From NCBI GenBank assembly GCA_965215565.1, contig CBDCDZ010000004.1:2912001-2976000 (forward strand): 64,000 nucleotides of DNA, in the 5' to 3' direction. Source of the stretch: Trueperaceae bacterium (lineage in GTDB: Bacteria; Deinococcota; Deinococci; Deinococcales; Trueperaceae). This document shows positions 9,533 to 18,929 of the stretch, in pieces. The notes below the pieces were generated by a model, which saw only the letters and a program-made list of their open reading frames with translations, did not search any database and was not told the origin of the DNA. The translations under genes were made by a program, and so were the position numbers. Within the stretch, counting starts at the first letter, position 1. Every line of letters begins with the position of its first letter.

Positions 9533-11071
9533 ATGAAGCAACGGCTAACCCAATTGTCCTTAGTCCTGTCACTGCTCTTAGGTTTGGTGTTCGTAAACGC
9601 CCAAGACCTCCGCGAGCAGGTGAGCACCTACACCCTAGAGAACGGAATGCGCGTCATCATGGTCCGTCAAGACGCCGCGCCCGTCATTTCCTTTAACCTC
9701 ATGTTCGACGTGGGCGGCATCGACGAGCCGGACGGCTTGGGCGGCATCGCACATATGGTCGAGCATATGGCGTTTAAGGGCACGCAGACCATCGGCACGG
9801 ACGCGCCCGACTTAGAAGAGCAGGCGCTCGCTAAGGTCGAGGTGTTGGCGCTGGCCTTGGAGCAAGTCCGCAAGAACGGCACCGAGGAGGAGATTGCCGA
9901 GACGCAGGCGGCGTTTTTAGAAGCCCGCGAAGAGGCTAAAGCCTTCGCCTCCCCGAACGCGCTGGACTTACTCTTTGACGCGAACGGCGGCGTGGGGCTG
10001 AACGCCTCGACGGGCTATGACCGCACCTCTTACGTGATCTCTATGCCTTCAAACCGCCTAGAACTCTACGCCCGCGTCTACGCCGATATTTTGCGCGACA
10101 CCGTCTTCCGCTCCTTTTACGAGGAGCGCGACGTGGTACGTGAAGAGCGGCGGCAGCGCTCGGAAGATGACCCGCAGGGCGTGTTATTCGAGAAATTTTT
10201 GGGCGAGGCGTATCAGGTGCACCCTTACGGCAGACCTCTTATCGGTGCACCAAACGAGTTAGAGAGCTACTTAGCCACCGAAGCGGAAGCCTTTTTTGAG
10301 CGCTACTACGACCCGAACCGCGCCGTCTTGGTCCTCGTCGGCGACGTGGAGCCGGAGCGCGACCTCGAGATTTTAGAGCGCTACTTCGGCGTGTTGGAGG
10401 GAGCCCCCGACGCGCGCCCTGACATCCCGAACGAGCCCGATCAGACCGAAGAGCGCCGCAGCAGCGTCCAGTTCGACGCTGAGCCGCAGCTCGCGGTGGG
10501 CTACCACAAGCCCACCTACCCTGAACGCGACGCTTACGTCATGGACGTTATCGACGCGGTCCTGAGCGCCGGGCGCACCTCTCGTCTCTTCGAGCGGATG
10601 GTCGCCCAAGACCAAATCGCGCTAGACGTCTTCACCACCTCGGCGTTTCCCGGCATCCGCGAGCCCAACTTGTTCGTCTTCGGCGGCGCGCCGCGCTTCC
10701 CCAACACGAACGCCGACATGGAGCGCGTTTTTTACGAAGAGGTCGAACGCCTCAAGAACGAGAGCGTCACCGAGCGTGAGCTGGAGAAGGTCAAAAACCA
10801 GGTGCGGGCGAGCTTCATTCGCGGTCTGGGTTCGGGCAGCGGTTTAGCCTCGCAGCTCGCCTTTTACGAGCTTTTCTTAGGTGGCTGGGAGGGTATTTTG
10901 GAGTACGAAGAGATCATCAACTCCGTTACCGCCGAAGAGGTGCAAGAGGTGGCGCAGCGCATCTTTAGCGAGGACAACCGCACGGTGACGCTGCTCGAGC
11001 CCCTCAACCCCGAGGGCTCGAGCGATGATGGGTCAACCCCTGAATCCACAGCCGAGGAGAGCACCCCATGA
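9533..11071 (+). CDS. M16B zinc peptidase, catalytic subunit (secreted)
   Basis: HMVEH (HxxEH) motif, signal peptide. Confidence 0.9.
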   Translation: MKQRLTQLSLVLSLLLGLVFVNAQDLREQVSTYTLENGMRVIMVRQDAAPVISFNLMFDVGGIDEPDGLGGIAHMVEHMAFKGTQTIGTDAPDLEEQALAKVEVLALALEQVRKNGTEEEIAETQAAFLEAREEAKAFASPNALDLLFDANGGVGLNASTGYDRTSYVISMPSNRLELYARVYADILRDTVFRSFYEERDVVREERRQRSEDDPQGVLFEKFLGEAYQVHPYGRPLIGAPNELESYLATEAEAFFERYYDPNRAVLVLVGDVEPERDLEILERYFGVLEGAPDARPDIPNEPDQTEERRSSVQFDAEPQLAVGYHKPTYPERDAYVMDVIDAVLSAGRTSRLFERMVAQDQIALDVFTTSAFPGIREPNLFVFGGAPRFPNTNADMERVFYEEVERLKNESVTERELEKVKNQVRASFIRGLGSGSGLASQLAFYELFLGGWEGILEYEEIINSVTAEEVQEVAQRIFSEDNRTVTLLEPLNPEGSSDDGSTPESTAEESTP

Positions 11072-12489
11072 TTCGTCTTCCGTTTTTCATCCTTCTGGCA
11101 ACTTTGACCTTTGCGGCGGCGCAGCCCGCCCCCGACAGTTGGCCTGACCCCTTTGAGATGACCTTCGGTGAGTTAGACGAAGTCACGCTGGAGCCCGAGC
11201 GCGTCGAACTCTCGAACGGGATGGTGGCGTACCTGCTCGAAGACGCCTCGCTGCCCCTCATCGAAGGGCTCGCCTACGTCCGCGCTCCGAGCCTCTACGA
11301 TCCAGAGGGCAAAGTCGGCTTAGCCGCGATGACCGCCGACCTCTTGCGCACGGGCGGCGCGGGTGAGAGGAGCGCGGACGAGGTGGACGAGACCCTGGAG
11401 TTCTTAGCCGCGTCAGTCGAGGGCTCTGCCAGCAACAACTCCGCCGCGGTGAGCTTCTCAGCGCTCTCTGACACCATCGACGAGGTCTTGGCGGTCTTCG
11501 GCGACGTGTTGCAGCGCCCGCAGTTCGCCCAAGACCGCCTGGAACTCCTGCGCGGGCGCACCTTGGAGGAAATCCGCCGCGAGAATGACGATCCGGTGGG
11601 CATCGCCCAGCGAGAGTTCGTCAGGCGCGTCGCTGAGGGGCACCCGGTGGGCGAGTTTCCAACCGTCGAGACGATTCAGAACATCACTCGAGAGGACGCG
11701 GTGGACTTCTACGAGCGCTACTACGCGCCGAATGAGACCGTGCTGGCGGTCAGCGGCGACTTCGAGCGGGATGAGATGGTGGCGAAGTTAGAGGCTACCT
11801 TCGGCGACTGGGAACCCGCAAACGTGGACTACCCCGAGCTGCCCGAATTCGACGCCACGCCCGAGCCGAAAGTCTACTACGCGCCCAAAGAGACCGCGCA
11901 GAGCGCGATCTTCATGGGACACCCGAGCGTCCTAGCCTACTCGCCTGATTACGCCGACCTCACGGTAGCGAACGGTATTTTGGGCGGCGAGGGTTTCTCC
12001 TCGCGCATCACCACGGAGATTCGCACGCGGCGCGGTCTCGCCTATGCGACGGGCAGCGGCTTGACGCAGGGCTACCAGTATCCGGGCTTTTTCTACGCCT
12101 ACTCGCTCTCGCGCGGCGACGCCACCGGGCAAGTCTTGAACCTCTTACAAGCGGAGATCGAGGCGTTACAACAAGAGGGTGTCACCGAAGCCGAGTTAGA
12201 GCAGCAGCGGGAGACCCTGCTGAGCCGCGCCGTCTTCCGCTTTACCTCTTCGGCGCAGGTGGCGCAGCGAAGTGCGCAAGCTGAGTTTTTAGACTTGGAG
12301 GAAAACTACTACGAAGACTACATCAACGGCGTACAAGAGGTCACGACGGGAGATGTGCAAGAGGTCGCGCGTTCGGAGCTGCGCCCGGATGGGCTCGTCG
12401 TGATGGTCGTTGGTGACGCTTCGCAGTTCGACATGCCTTTGGAGGAGTTTGGTGAGGTTGTCACTATAGAACTCGAGGGCGGGGAGTAA
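11068..12489 (+). CDS. M16B peptidase, non-catalytic partner subunit
   Basis: M16 fold, EIRTRRGLAY, no HxxEH; ATGA overlap. Confidence 0.88.
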   Translation: MIRLPFFILLATLTFAAAQPAPDSWPDPFEMTFGELDEVTLEPERVELSNGMVAYLLEDASLPLIEGLAYVRAPSLYDPEGKVGLAAMTADLLRTGGAGERSADEVDETLEFLAASVEGSASNNSAAVSFSALSDTIDEVLAVFGDVLQRPQFAQDRLELLRGRTLEEIRRENDDPVGIAQREFVRRVAEGHPVGEFPTVETIQNITREDAVDFYERYYAPNETVLAVSGDFERDEMVAKLEATFGDWEPANVDYPELPEFDATPEPKVYYAPKETAQSAIFMGHPSVLAYSPDYADLTVANGILGGEGFSSRITTEIRTRRGLAYATGSGLTQGYQYPGFFYAYSLSRGDATGQVLNLLQAEIEALQQEGVTEAELEQQRETLLSRAVFRFTSSAQVAQRSAQAEFLDLEENYYEDYINGVQEVTTGDVQEVARSELRPDGLVVMVVGDASQFDMPLEEFGEVVTIELEGGE

Positions 12490-12502
12490 GGGATTAAGGA
12501 TT

Positions 12503-12979
12503 GTGCGGCGCGGGCTCGAGAACCTCTCTCTTACGGTGCTCGCGCTGCACCTTATCTACCTCTGGGCTTCCTGCACCTCTTTGCCCGACACAATTCCAAC
12601 GCACTTCAACGCGGCAGGGCAGCCGGACGACTTCGGCTCGAAGGACAGCATCTGGTCACTCTGGTTCGTCAGTTTAGGACTCTATGCGATGTTCGCGGCG
12701 CTCTCGTTCGTGCCGCTACGTTCATCTCTTTGGAACCTGCCTGAGCACATTAAAGAAGACACGTCGGGGCGCTCGAGACCTCTTGTAAACGAACTGATGG
12801 CGTGGCTCAAGCTGCTCACCGTCAGCATCTTTTTCTTCCTCTCGTGGCTCACGGTGCGAACGGCGCAAGGCGTCGAGGTTGCCTGGGGCGTGCCGGTGCT
12901 GATTGTCTCGGGCCTCTTTCTCCCCCTGCTGATTTTAGCGGTGTACCTCTACAAGATGGGACAACTGAAAAAGGAGTAG
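12503..12979 (+). CDS. DUF1648 / SdpI-like membrane protein
   Basis: LPDTIPTHFNAAGQPD motif, 4 TM segments. Confidence 0.8.
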   Translation: MRRGLENLSLTVLALHLIYLWASCTSLPDTIPTHFNAAGQPDDFGSKDSIWSLWFVSLGLYAMFAALSFVPLRSSLWNLPEHIKEDTSGRSRPLVNELMAWLKLLTVSIFFFLSWLTVRTAQGVEVAWGVPVLIVSGLFLPLLILAVYLYKMGQLKKE

Positions 12980-13027
12980 CGCGGTGCTACTTGGTGCTAC
13001 TCCTTTCACTCTTACCTCGAACTGCGG

Positions 13028-14152
13028 TTATACCGCCTGATACTGCTTGTTCTCTTTCCCCACGCTCACCTTTGTGCGCTTATAGGGCGCAACCGGATTG
13101 AGGATGTTGCGGCACTGCGGGTTCACGCAGCCGGGGCAGCGCAAACCGTACTGCTTGGTGCAAGGCTCGCCGGATTGAAGGTGCTCGTAGACCACTTCTG
13201 CAAGCGCGTCTTGAAAAACGGGCATCCCATTCAAGGCGGGCGCACGCTTGTAGTTTTCGATACCGACTTCATGCGCCAACTCGCCGTACTCGATATCGAG
13301 TTCGTGCAGCGTCTCGATGTGGTCGCTCGTAAAGGCGACGCCGACGACGAGGACGTTTTTACGCTTTTTTGCGCCTAAATCCTTGAGGACCTTTTCGGTG
13401 CCAGGTCCGAGCCAGGGCACCGGACCCACATCGGACTGATACGCCAGGATATATTCGTGCGAGTACTCGAGGCGTTTCATCACCTCGTGCACCGACGCGC
13501 CGATTTCGGCGGGGTAGGCGTCGCCCCGGTTGATGACGTCTAAGGGCAGCGAGTGAGCGCTGAAGAGGACGAGCACGTCGTCTCTGTCCGCTTCGTCAAA
13601 CTGCTCCAAGCCCTGCTTCACCGTCTCCGTCATCGCCTCGACAAAGCGCGGGTGCGTGGGCCAGCGGTCGATGACGCTCCACTCGAACTCGTTTTGCAGC
13701 CCGACGCGCCGCGCCGCCCGCCAGAGTTCGTTCAAAGACGAGCCCGTCGTCGAGCACGAGAACTGCGGGTACTGCGTGAACGCCACCGCCCGCTTCACGC
13801 CGTCGTTTTTCATCGCTTGCAGGGCGTCTTCGCTAAAGGGGTTGACGTAGCGAAAGGCGACGTAAAACTTGTGCGGCGCGGTCTCCGGTGACATCTTGTC
13901 CAAGCGCTCCACCATGCCCTGCCCCTGCTCCTCGGTCCACTTGAGAATCGGGGAGCCGCCGCCGATGTCGGCGTAGTTTTGCTGCACGCTTTTGGTGCGG
14001 CGGTTCGCGATGAAAGGACCCAGGTACTTCTGCACGGGAAGCTGGATGATCTCGCGGTCTTCAAACAGTTTGAGGAGAAAGGGTTGGACCTCGTCTAAAT
14101 TTTTGGGACCGCCCAAGTTCATCATGACGATTCCGGTAGGACCTTGACTCAT
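13028..14152 (-). CDS. hemH: Ferrochelatase, eukaryote-like [2Fe-2S] type
   Basis: NLGGP, IGGGSP, YPQFSCSTTGSS, FSAHSLP, FTSDHIETL, C-terminal CPGCVNPQC. Confidence 0.95.
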   Translation of the reverse strand: MSQGPTGIVMMNLGGPKNLDEVQPFLLKLFEDREIIQLPVQKYLGPFIANRRTKSVQQNYADIGGGSPILKWTEEQGQGMVERLDKMSPETAPHKFYVAFRYVNPFSEDALQAMKNDGVKRAVAFTQYPQFSCSTTGSSLNELWRAARRVGLQNEFEWSVIDRWPTHPRFVEAMTETVKQGLEQFDEADRDDVLVLFSAHSLPLDVINRGDAYPAEIGASVHEVMKRLEYSHEYILAYQSDVGPVPWLGPGTEKVLKDLGAKKRKNVLVVGVAFTSDHIETLHELDIEYGELAHEVGIENYKRAPALNGMPVFQDALAEVVYEHLQSGEPCTKQYGLRCPGCVNPQCRNILNPVAPYKRTKVSVGKENKQYQAV

Positions 14153-14315
14153 AGGTGCATTCTATCTTGTGAGTGTTTAGACATATGTCCTACACGCTTA
14201 GTTTCATCCTTAGAGGTTCTCCGTATCACGTCAGAAGGTTTAGCATTAGGGGGTGTCAGTAGTCAAAATTCAGTAGCCACAATATTTACGTTGAATGACG
14301 ACTAGCTACTGACCC

Positions 14316-15077
14316 TCACAGTCCACCCCTCGAGCGAATCACTTGCCCCGTCACCCACCGCGCCTCATCCGAGGCTAAAAAGAGGATCAGCCGCGCCGCG
14401 TCCTCGGGCGTGCCGACGCGCCCCAGAGGAGCCTCTTGGATCATTTGCGCTTTGAATTCGGATGTCATCCAACCCGTGTCGGTCACGCCGGGGTCCACCG
14501 CATTCACCGTAATGCGTCGCGCCGCAAGCCCTGCGCTCAGGCTCAGCGTCAGCGCCTCGACAGCGCCCTTCGTCGCTACGTAAGCGAGTTCGTCAGGCAT
14601 CGGTGTCAAGCCTTGCCCCGAGGTCAGGTTGATGATGCGCCCCGCTTCGCCTTGAAACCTCTTGGCGAACTCCGCACAGAGAAGCGCCGCACCGCGCAGA
14701 TTGACGGCGTAGTGCTTGTCGAGCATTTCGGTGGTCAGCTCAAACACGCCGCCCCGCGTCGAATACGTGGCGTTGTTGACCAGAATATCTATCTGACCCA
14801 GTCGCTTTTGTGCGTGGTCGAACAGCTCGGTGGCTGCGTCCTTTTGAGAGAGGTCAAGCTCGAGCCTGTGCGCCTCCACCCCATGACCTCTCAACTGCGC
14901 TAAGAGGTCTTCCGCCTCGTCCATCTCATGTTGGTGAACCTCTCTGTCGTAAGGCGTGTAGGTCGTAAAAAGCACGTTCGCGCCCGCTTCAGCAAATGCT
15001 CTCGCAGTGGCTGCGCCGATACCGATAGTGCGGCTTGCCCCTGTGATGACGGCATTTTTGCGCTGCAACACCTGCAC
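14316..15077 (-). CDS. Short-chain dehydrogenase/reductase
   Basis: TGASRTIGIG, NNA, YVATK. Confidence 0.88.
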   Translation of the reverse strand: MQVLQRKNAVITGASRTIGIGAATARAFAEAGANVLFTTYTPYDREVHQHEMDEAEDLLAQLRGHGVEAHRLELDLSQKDAATELFDHAQKRLGQIDILVNNATYSTRGGVFELTTEMLDKHYAVNLRGAALLCAEFAKRFQGEAGRIINLTSGQGLTPMPDELAYVATKGAVEALTLSLSAGLAARRITVNAVDPGVTDTGWMTSEFKAQMIQEAPLGRVGTPEDAARLILFLASDEARWVTGQVIRSRGGL

Positions 15078-15078
15078 G

Positions 15079-15312
15079 TTACAGCGTTTCTGCGAAGAGC
15101 GGCTCGATAAGGCGTCGCACAAGAGGCAATACAAAAACTGCGACGGGCAAAGAAGTCGCCCAAGACGCGAAGAAACCGCGCAGCCAGACCCCTACGAAGC
15201 TAGACCCCAACCCTTCACTGAGCAGCGTAAGGACGAAGGCGATAATCAGCGACATCAGCCCGCTCATCAGCGCGGCGAGCGTGAGGTTGTAGTAGCGGCG
15301 GTGAATTCTCAC
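15079..15312 (-). CDS. DUF2798-like small membrane protein
   Basis: LMSGLMS...W..F..SW pattern, 2 TM. Confidence 0.75.
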   Translation of the reverse strand: MRIHRRYYNLTLAALMSGLMSLIIAFVLTLLSEGLGSSFVGVWLRGFFASWATSLPVAVFVLPLVRRLIEPLFAETL

Positions 15313-15375
15313 TGCGCTGACCTCTTGGTTCGTTGAAGTAGAGCCGTGACCTCTTCCGATGAAGCTTTCTTAACT

Positions 15376-15396
15376 ATATCCATAGGGGGTATTCTA
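15376..15396 (-). promoter_or_regulatory. Putative CsoR/RcnR/FrmR-type operator next to a -10 box
   Basis: Minus strand TAGAATACCCCCTATGGATAT: C-tract flanked by ATAC/ATAT arms. Confidence 0.45.
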
Positions 15397-15452
15397 GAGA
15401 GGCACATTTGATGCGCATGTCTCGAGGCTGACTTTCGGTAAACTCTGAAAAC

Positions 15453-15878
15453 CTAAGCCGATACTGCTTCGTGCTCCAAGACAACCTCGAACGAAATCTC
15501 AGACTTCAAGCTCGCCGCGACTGAGCAGTACTTGTTCATCCCCAAATCCACAAAGCGCTCGGCTGTCTTTCGGTCCAAACCGGGCACGTCGAAGAGGTGC
15601 TTGGCGCGGATGTGCGTATAGTACTTGGGCGTCCCGTCGGCGCGGTCGCCCTCTAGCTCTATCTTGTAGTTTACAATCTCCAAACGCCGCTTTTTCAGCA
15701 TCTCTACGATGTCGTAGGCGGCGCACGCGCCCACCGCGTTTAAGAGGAGTTCCATCGGGCGCATCCCGGTCTGGGCGTAGTCTTCGCCGTCGATCATGAC
15801 CTGCATCTTATCGGGCGTTTCGCCCATAAAGCGCTTGTCCACGAGATGAAATACTGTAGTTTTTTTGGTATCCGCCAT
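15453..15878 (-). CDS. OsmC family protein
   Basis: PMELLL..GAC, KYCSVAASL. Confidence 0.88.
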   Translation of the reverse strand: MADTKKTTVFHLVDKRFMGETPDKMQVMIDGEDYAQTGMRPMELLLNAVGACAAYDIVEMLKKRRLEIVNYKIELEGDRADGTPKYYTHIRAKHLFDVPGLDRKTAERFVDLGMNKYCSVAASLKSEISFEVVLEHEAVSA

Positions 15879-15947
15879 GCCCCTAGTATGCGCGCCTCTT
15901 ATGAAACGGATGTTGGCAAGCGTACACGCGCTGGTTAGACTTGTGGG

Positions 15948-16505
15948 GTGAACCTGCTACCGACTCGAGACTCCAAAACGCAGTGGCGCACCTGGGCGAA
16001 AGAGGTCCGTTCACAACTCCCTATCCAGGAGATAAGCGAGCGAGTTGTAGGACATCTGACCTCTTGGCAGCCCTTTCAAAACGCCCAGCACGTGCTGATC
16101 TACCTCGCGTTCGGCTCAGAAATCGACCTGTCACCTCTCACTGGGCAAGAGAAAATCTTCTACGTCACGCGCACCTGGGAGACGGACCGCAACCTCACGG
16201 TGCACACCTTGAACAGGGGGCTCGAGCCTCACCCCTACGGCTACATGCAGCCCGCCGCGACCTCTTCGAACGTTGACCCGAGAATGATCGACTTAGCCCT
16301 CGTGCCAGGGCTTTGCTTCGATGATAAGGGCGCACGGCTAGGCTACGGGCGTGGTTACTACGACCGACTCTTACCTAAGTTGCGTAACGATATACCTCTT
16401 GTCGGCGTCACGGCGGATGCGCTCGTCATTCCCAAATTGCCAAGAGACAGCTTCGACGTGGATATGACGCACCTCGTGACGGAAGCAGGTGTCAAGCCTC
16501 TGTGA
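15948..16505 (+). CDS. 5-formyltetrahydrofolate cyclo-ligase
   Basis: VPGLCFD..GARLGYGRGYYDR. Confidence 0.9.
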   Translation: MNLLPTRDSKTQWRTWAKEVRSQLPIQEISERVVGHLTSWQPFQNAQHVLIYLAFGSEIDLSPLTGQEKIFYVTRTWETDRNLTVHTLNRGLEPHPYGYMQPAATSSNVDPRMIDLALVPGLCFDDKGARLGYGRGYYDRLLPKLRNDIPLVGVTADALVIPKLPRDSFDVDMTHLVTEAGVKPL

Positions 16506-16887
16506 GCAGGTATTGATCAAGCTGCTCTCTCACCTCATCGGAAATGCGCACGCTCTTCTGCGTGCTGTAGTCGAACAGGACGACGACGGAGTGAACCTTG
16601 GCAGCGACCTCATCACTCGCGTAGACCTTTTGGGAGAGGGTCACGCTCGAGTTCCCTATCTTCGCCACCTGCGTCGTGACAAAGACCTCTTCACGAAACT
16701 TAACCTGTTTGACAAAATCGAGCGACAAGTGCGCCAGGATGAGGTACACGTCGCCCGTGCGCAGGTTGTCCAAAAATTCAACCCGCGCGTACTCGGCGTA
16801 GAGCGCGAACGAGGTGTTGTTGAGGTGTCCCAAGGCGTCGGTGTCGTTGAAGCGGACTTGGATATCGGAGCGAAAAGCTTGGCTCAT
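16492..16887 (-). CDS. Acyl-CoA thioesterase (4HBT family)
   Basis: VRFNDTDALGHLNN. Confidence 0.88.
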   Translation of the reverse strand: MSQAFRSDIQVRFNDTDALGHLNNTSFALYAEYARVEFLDNLRTGDVYLILAHLSLDFVKQVKFREEVFVTTQVAKIGNSSVTLSQKVYASDEVAAKVHSVVVLFDYSTQKSVRISDEVREQLDQYLLTEA

Positions 16888-17720
16888 GCGGTCTCTTTCT
16901 TCTTGCGAGAACGGGGTAACTTTTGGCAGTTCGGACAGAAGTGCGTCCCTCTTCCGCCGACGACAATTTTAGAAATCGGTGTGCCGCAGCGGGCGCAAGG
17001 CGTTTCCTCTTGACCATAAGCTTTGAGTTCGTCTAAGTACGCGCCGACCTCGCCGTTCGTAGTGCGGTAGTCGCGGAGCGTCGTTCCTTGCACGCGGATG
17101 GACGCCTCGAGCACGTCTTTGATCATCGCGACTAAAAGAGGTATTTGGCGTTCGGGAACCTCTTTCGCAGGCGTGAGCGGATGGACCTTCGCGCCCCAGA
17201 GGGCTTCGTCCGCGTAGATGTTGCCGACGCCTGAAACGGGTTTTTGGCTGAGCAGGTAAGTTTTGACGGGCGTGGTGGACCTTTCTAGCGCTTTAGAGAA
17301 CTGCTTATCGTTAAAGTCGTCGCTGAGCGGTTCTGGCCCCATCTGATGCAGCGTGGGGAGCGTCGAATAGTCACCCGAGGGGACGACCAAAAAACGTCCG
17401 AAGCGGCGCACGTCTTGGAAGTAGAGCGTAGGGGCGTCTTCAAGCTCGAGCCTGACCCGCACGTGCTTCTCCGGCTCGCTCGGCGTCACAATGCCTGTCA
17501 TGCCCAAGTGGATGATGAGGTCTTTATCTCCCTCTAGGGGCAAAATTAAGAATTTACCGCGCCGCGTCACCTCTAAAATTTTCCGTCCAGTAGCATTGAG
17601 TAGATTTTCGTATTTGGGTCCGGGTTGGGCGTCTACTAAGTTTGCTGAGACAACCCTACGCCCTTTGAGCCAAGGCTCCAACTCGCGGCGGACGGTTTCG
17701 ACTTCGGGGAGTTCGGGCAC
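16884..17720 (-). CDS. mutM: Formamidopyrimidine-DNA glycosylase
   Basis: N-terminal PELPEVE, RRGK, GNIYADE, C-terminal zinc finger. Confidence 0.96.
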   Translation of the reverse strand: MPELPEVETVRRELEPWLKGRRVVSANLVDAQPGPKYENLLNATGRKILEVTRRGKFLILPLEGDKDLIIHLGMTGIVTPSEPEKHVRVRLELEDAPTLYFQDVRRFGRFLVVPSGDYSTLPTLHQMGPEPLSDDFNDKQFSKALERSTTPVKTYLLSQKPVSGVGNIYADEALWGAKVHPLTPAKEVPERQIPLLVAMIKDVLEASIRVQGTTLRDYRTTNGEVGAYLDELKAYGQEETPCARCGTPISKIVVGGRGTHFCPNCQKLPRSRKKKETA

Positions 17721-17782
17721 CCTCTTACTCTACCTAAACCTTGAAACTGCTCGGCTGTTCAGGCTTACTTGGACTTGGATAC

Positions 17783-18514
17783 TTAGCCTTCTTCCAGCTT
17801 GACCAGCGTGATCTCGATAAAGTAGTTTTCGTCACCCTCCTCGCTCAGGACCTCTCGCTCGAGCGCGTCCCACCACCTCTGAAACGCCCTCACCTGCGCG
17901 TAGTTCAACTTGAGAAAGCCCATACCAGAAACAAAAGGTGTTACGTCCTCCGCCCGCCACACCTCTTTCTCCTTGGTAAATCCCTTTTCTGAAGCGAAGG
18001 TAAGTTGGCTGAAGTCGCCCCCATCTGTTCTGCCGTAGAGCCGCCCCCAAGGACCCGTCCCCTTCGCTTCGGCCCGTACAAAAACCTCTTCAAAGTGCTT
18101 GGCGGTAGCGGCGTAGATGCGCCGTTCTAAAAGCCGCCAGCCCTCGAGCAAATCCTCCGTAAGGTTGAGTGCACTCATGTCCTCAAAGGCGACGAAGAAC
18201 TCTGAAGCGACTGCGCGGTAGAAGCGAATCGGGCGACCTTTGCGGGCTTCTAGGCGCGTGGACACCAACAATCCTAAGCGCAGCCCCTTCTGCACGAAGC
18301 TGTACATCTTGCGCAGCGGTACGCCCACGCACCGCGCCGCCCCGCTCACGCTGCTTTCAGCGGCGATAAAGGGTGTGAACATCCGCCACTGCGACACGTC
18401 GCGCAAAAACGCCATCACCTCCGGGTCGCGGACGCGGTGAGGGACGCTACTTCGCTCAGGGGGTTGCACTGGAAGTAGCTTAGCATACAAAATTACTAAA
18501 GTATGAAATTTCAC
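17783..18514 (-). CDS. Putative winged-HTH transcriptional regulator (start uncertain)
   Basis: SVSGAA...GLL...RKGRPIRFYRAVA wHTH-like pattern. Confidence 0.6.
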   Translation of the reverse strand: MKFHTLVILYAKLLPVQPPERSSVPHRVRDPEVMAFLRDVSQWRMFTPFIAAESSVSGAARCVGVPLRKMYSFVQKGLRLGLLVSTRLEARKGRPIRFYRAVASEFFVAFEDMSALNLTEDLLEGWRLLERRIYAATAKHFEEVFVRAEAKGTGPWGRLYGRTDGGDFSQLTFASEKGFTKEKEVWRAEDVTPFVSGMGFLKLNYAQVRAFQRWWDALEREVLSEEGDENYFIEITLVKLEEG

Positions 18515-18534
18515 ATTGCTTTAGGAGATAAACC

Positions 18535-18873
18535 ATGACCTTGAAACGCACCGCTGCTATCCTCTCCTTCGCTGTAGGCTTGCTCTTTCTGGTCGGTCTT
18601 TTCGTATCGGACGGCTCGAGCATCTCCGTGAACGGCCAAGAGCTAGAAGGCCCGCTGCGCTACCTCGCGCTCGGCGCGGGGGTGCTGCTCGCGCCCATCG
18701 TCGGCGGCCTTATCTTGGCGGGCGCGGGCACGCTCATCGTGGGCGTGCTCGCCGCTGTCGGCGTGCTCTTGCTGCTCATCTTTGCCCCCTTCCTCGCGCC
18801 CGTGCTGCTGCTCGCCTTGGTCGTCTACCTGCTCGCGCGGCGCAGAAAGGAGCCGTCTATCTCTAAAGCGTAG
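18535..18873 (+). CDS. Small hydrophobic membrane protein
   Basis: AGGAG RBS, 3 hydrophobic segments. Confidence 0.7.
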   Translation: MTLKRTAAILSFAVGLLFLVGLFVSDGSSISVNGQELEGPLRYLALGAGVLLAPIVGGLILAGAGTLIVGVLAAVGVLLLLIFAPFLAPVLLLALVVYLLARRRKEPSISKA

Positions 18874-18929
18874 CACCCAGTAAAACCACACAAAAACTCA
18901 GGACATCTCATGGTCACTCGGAGGAAACG

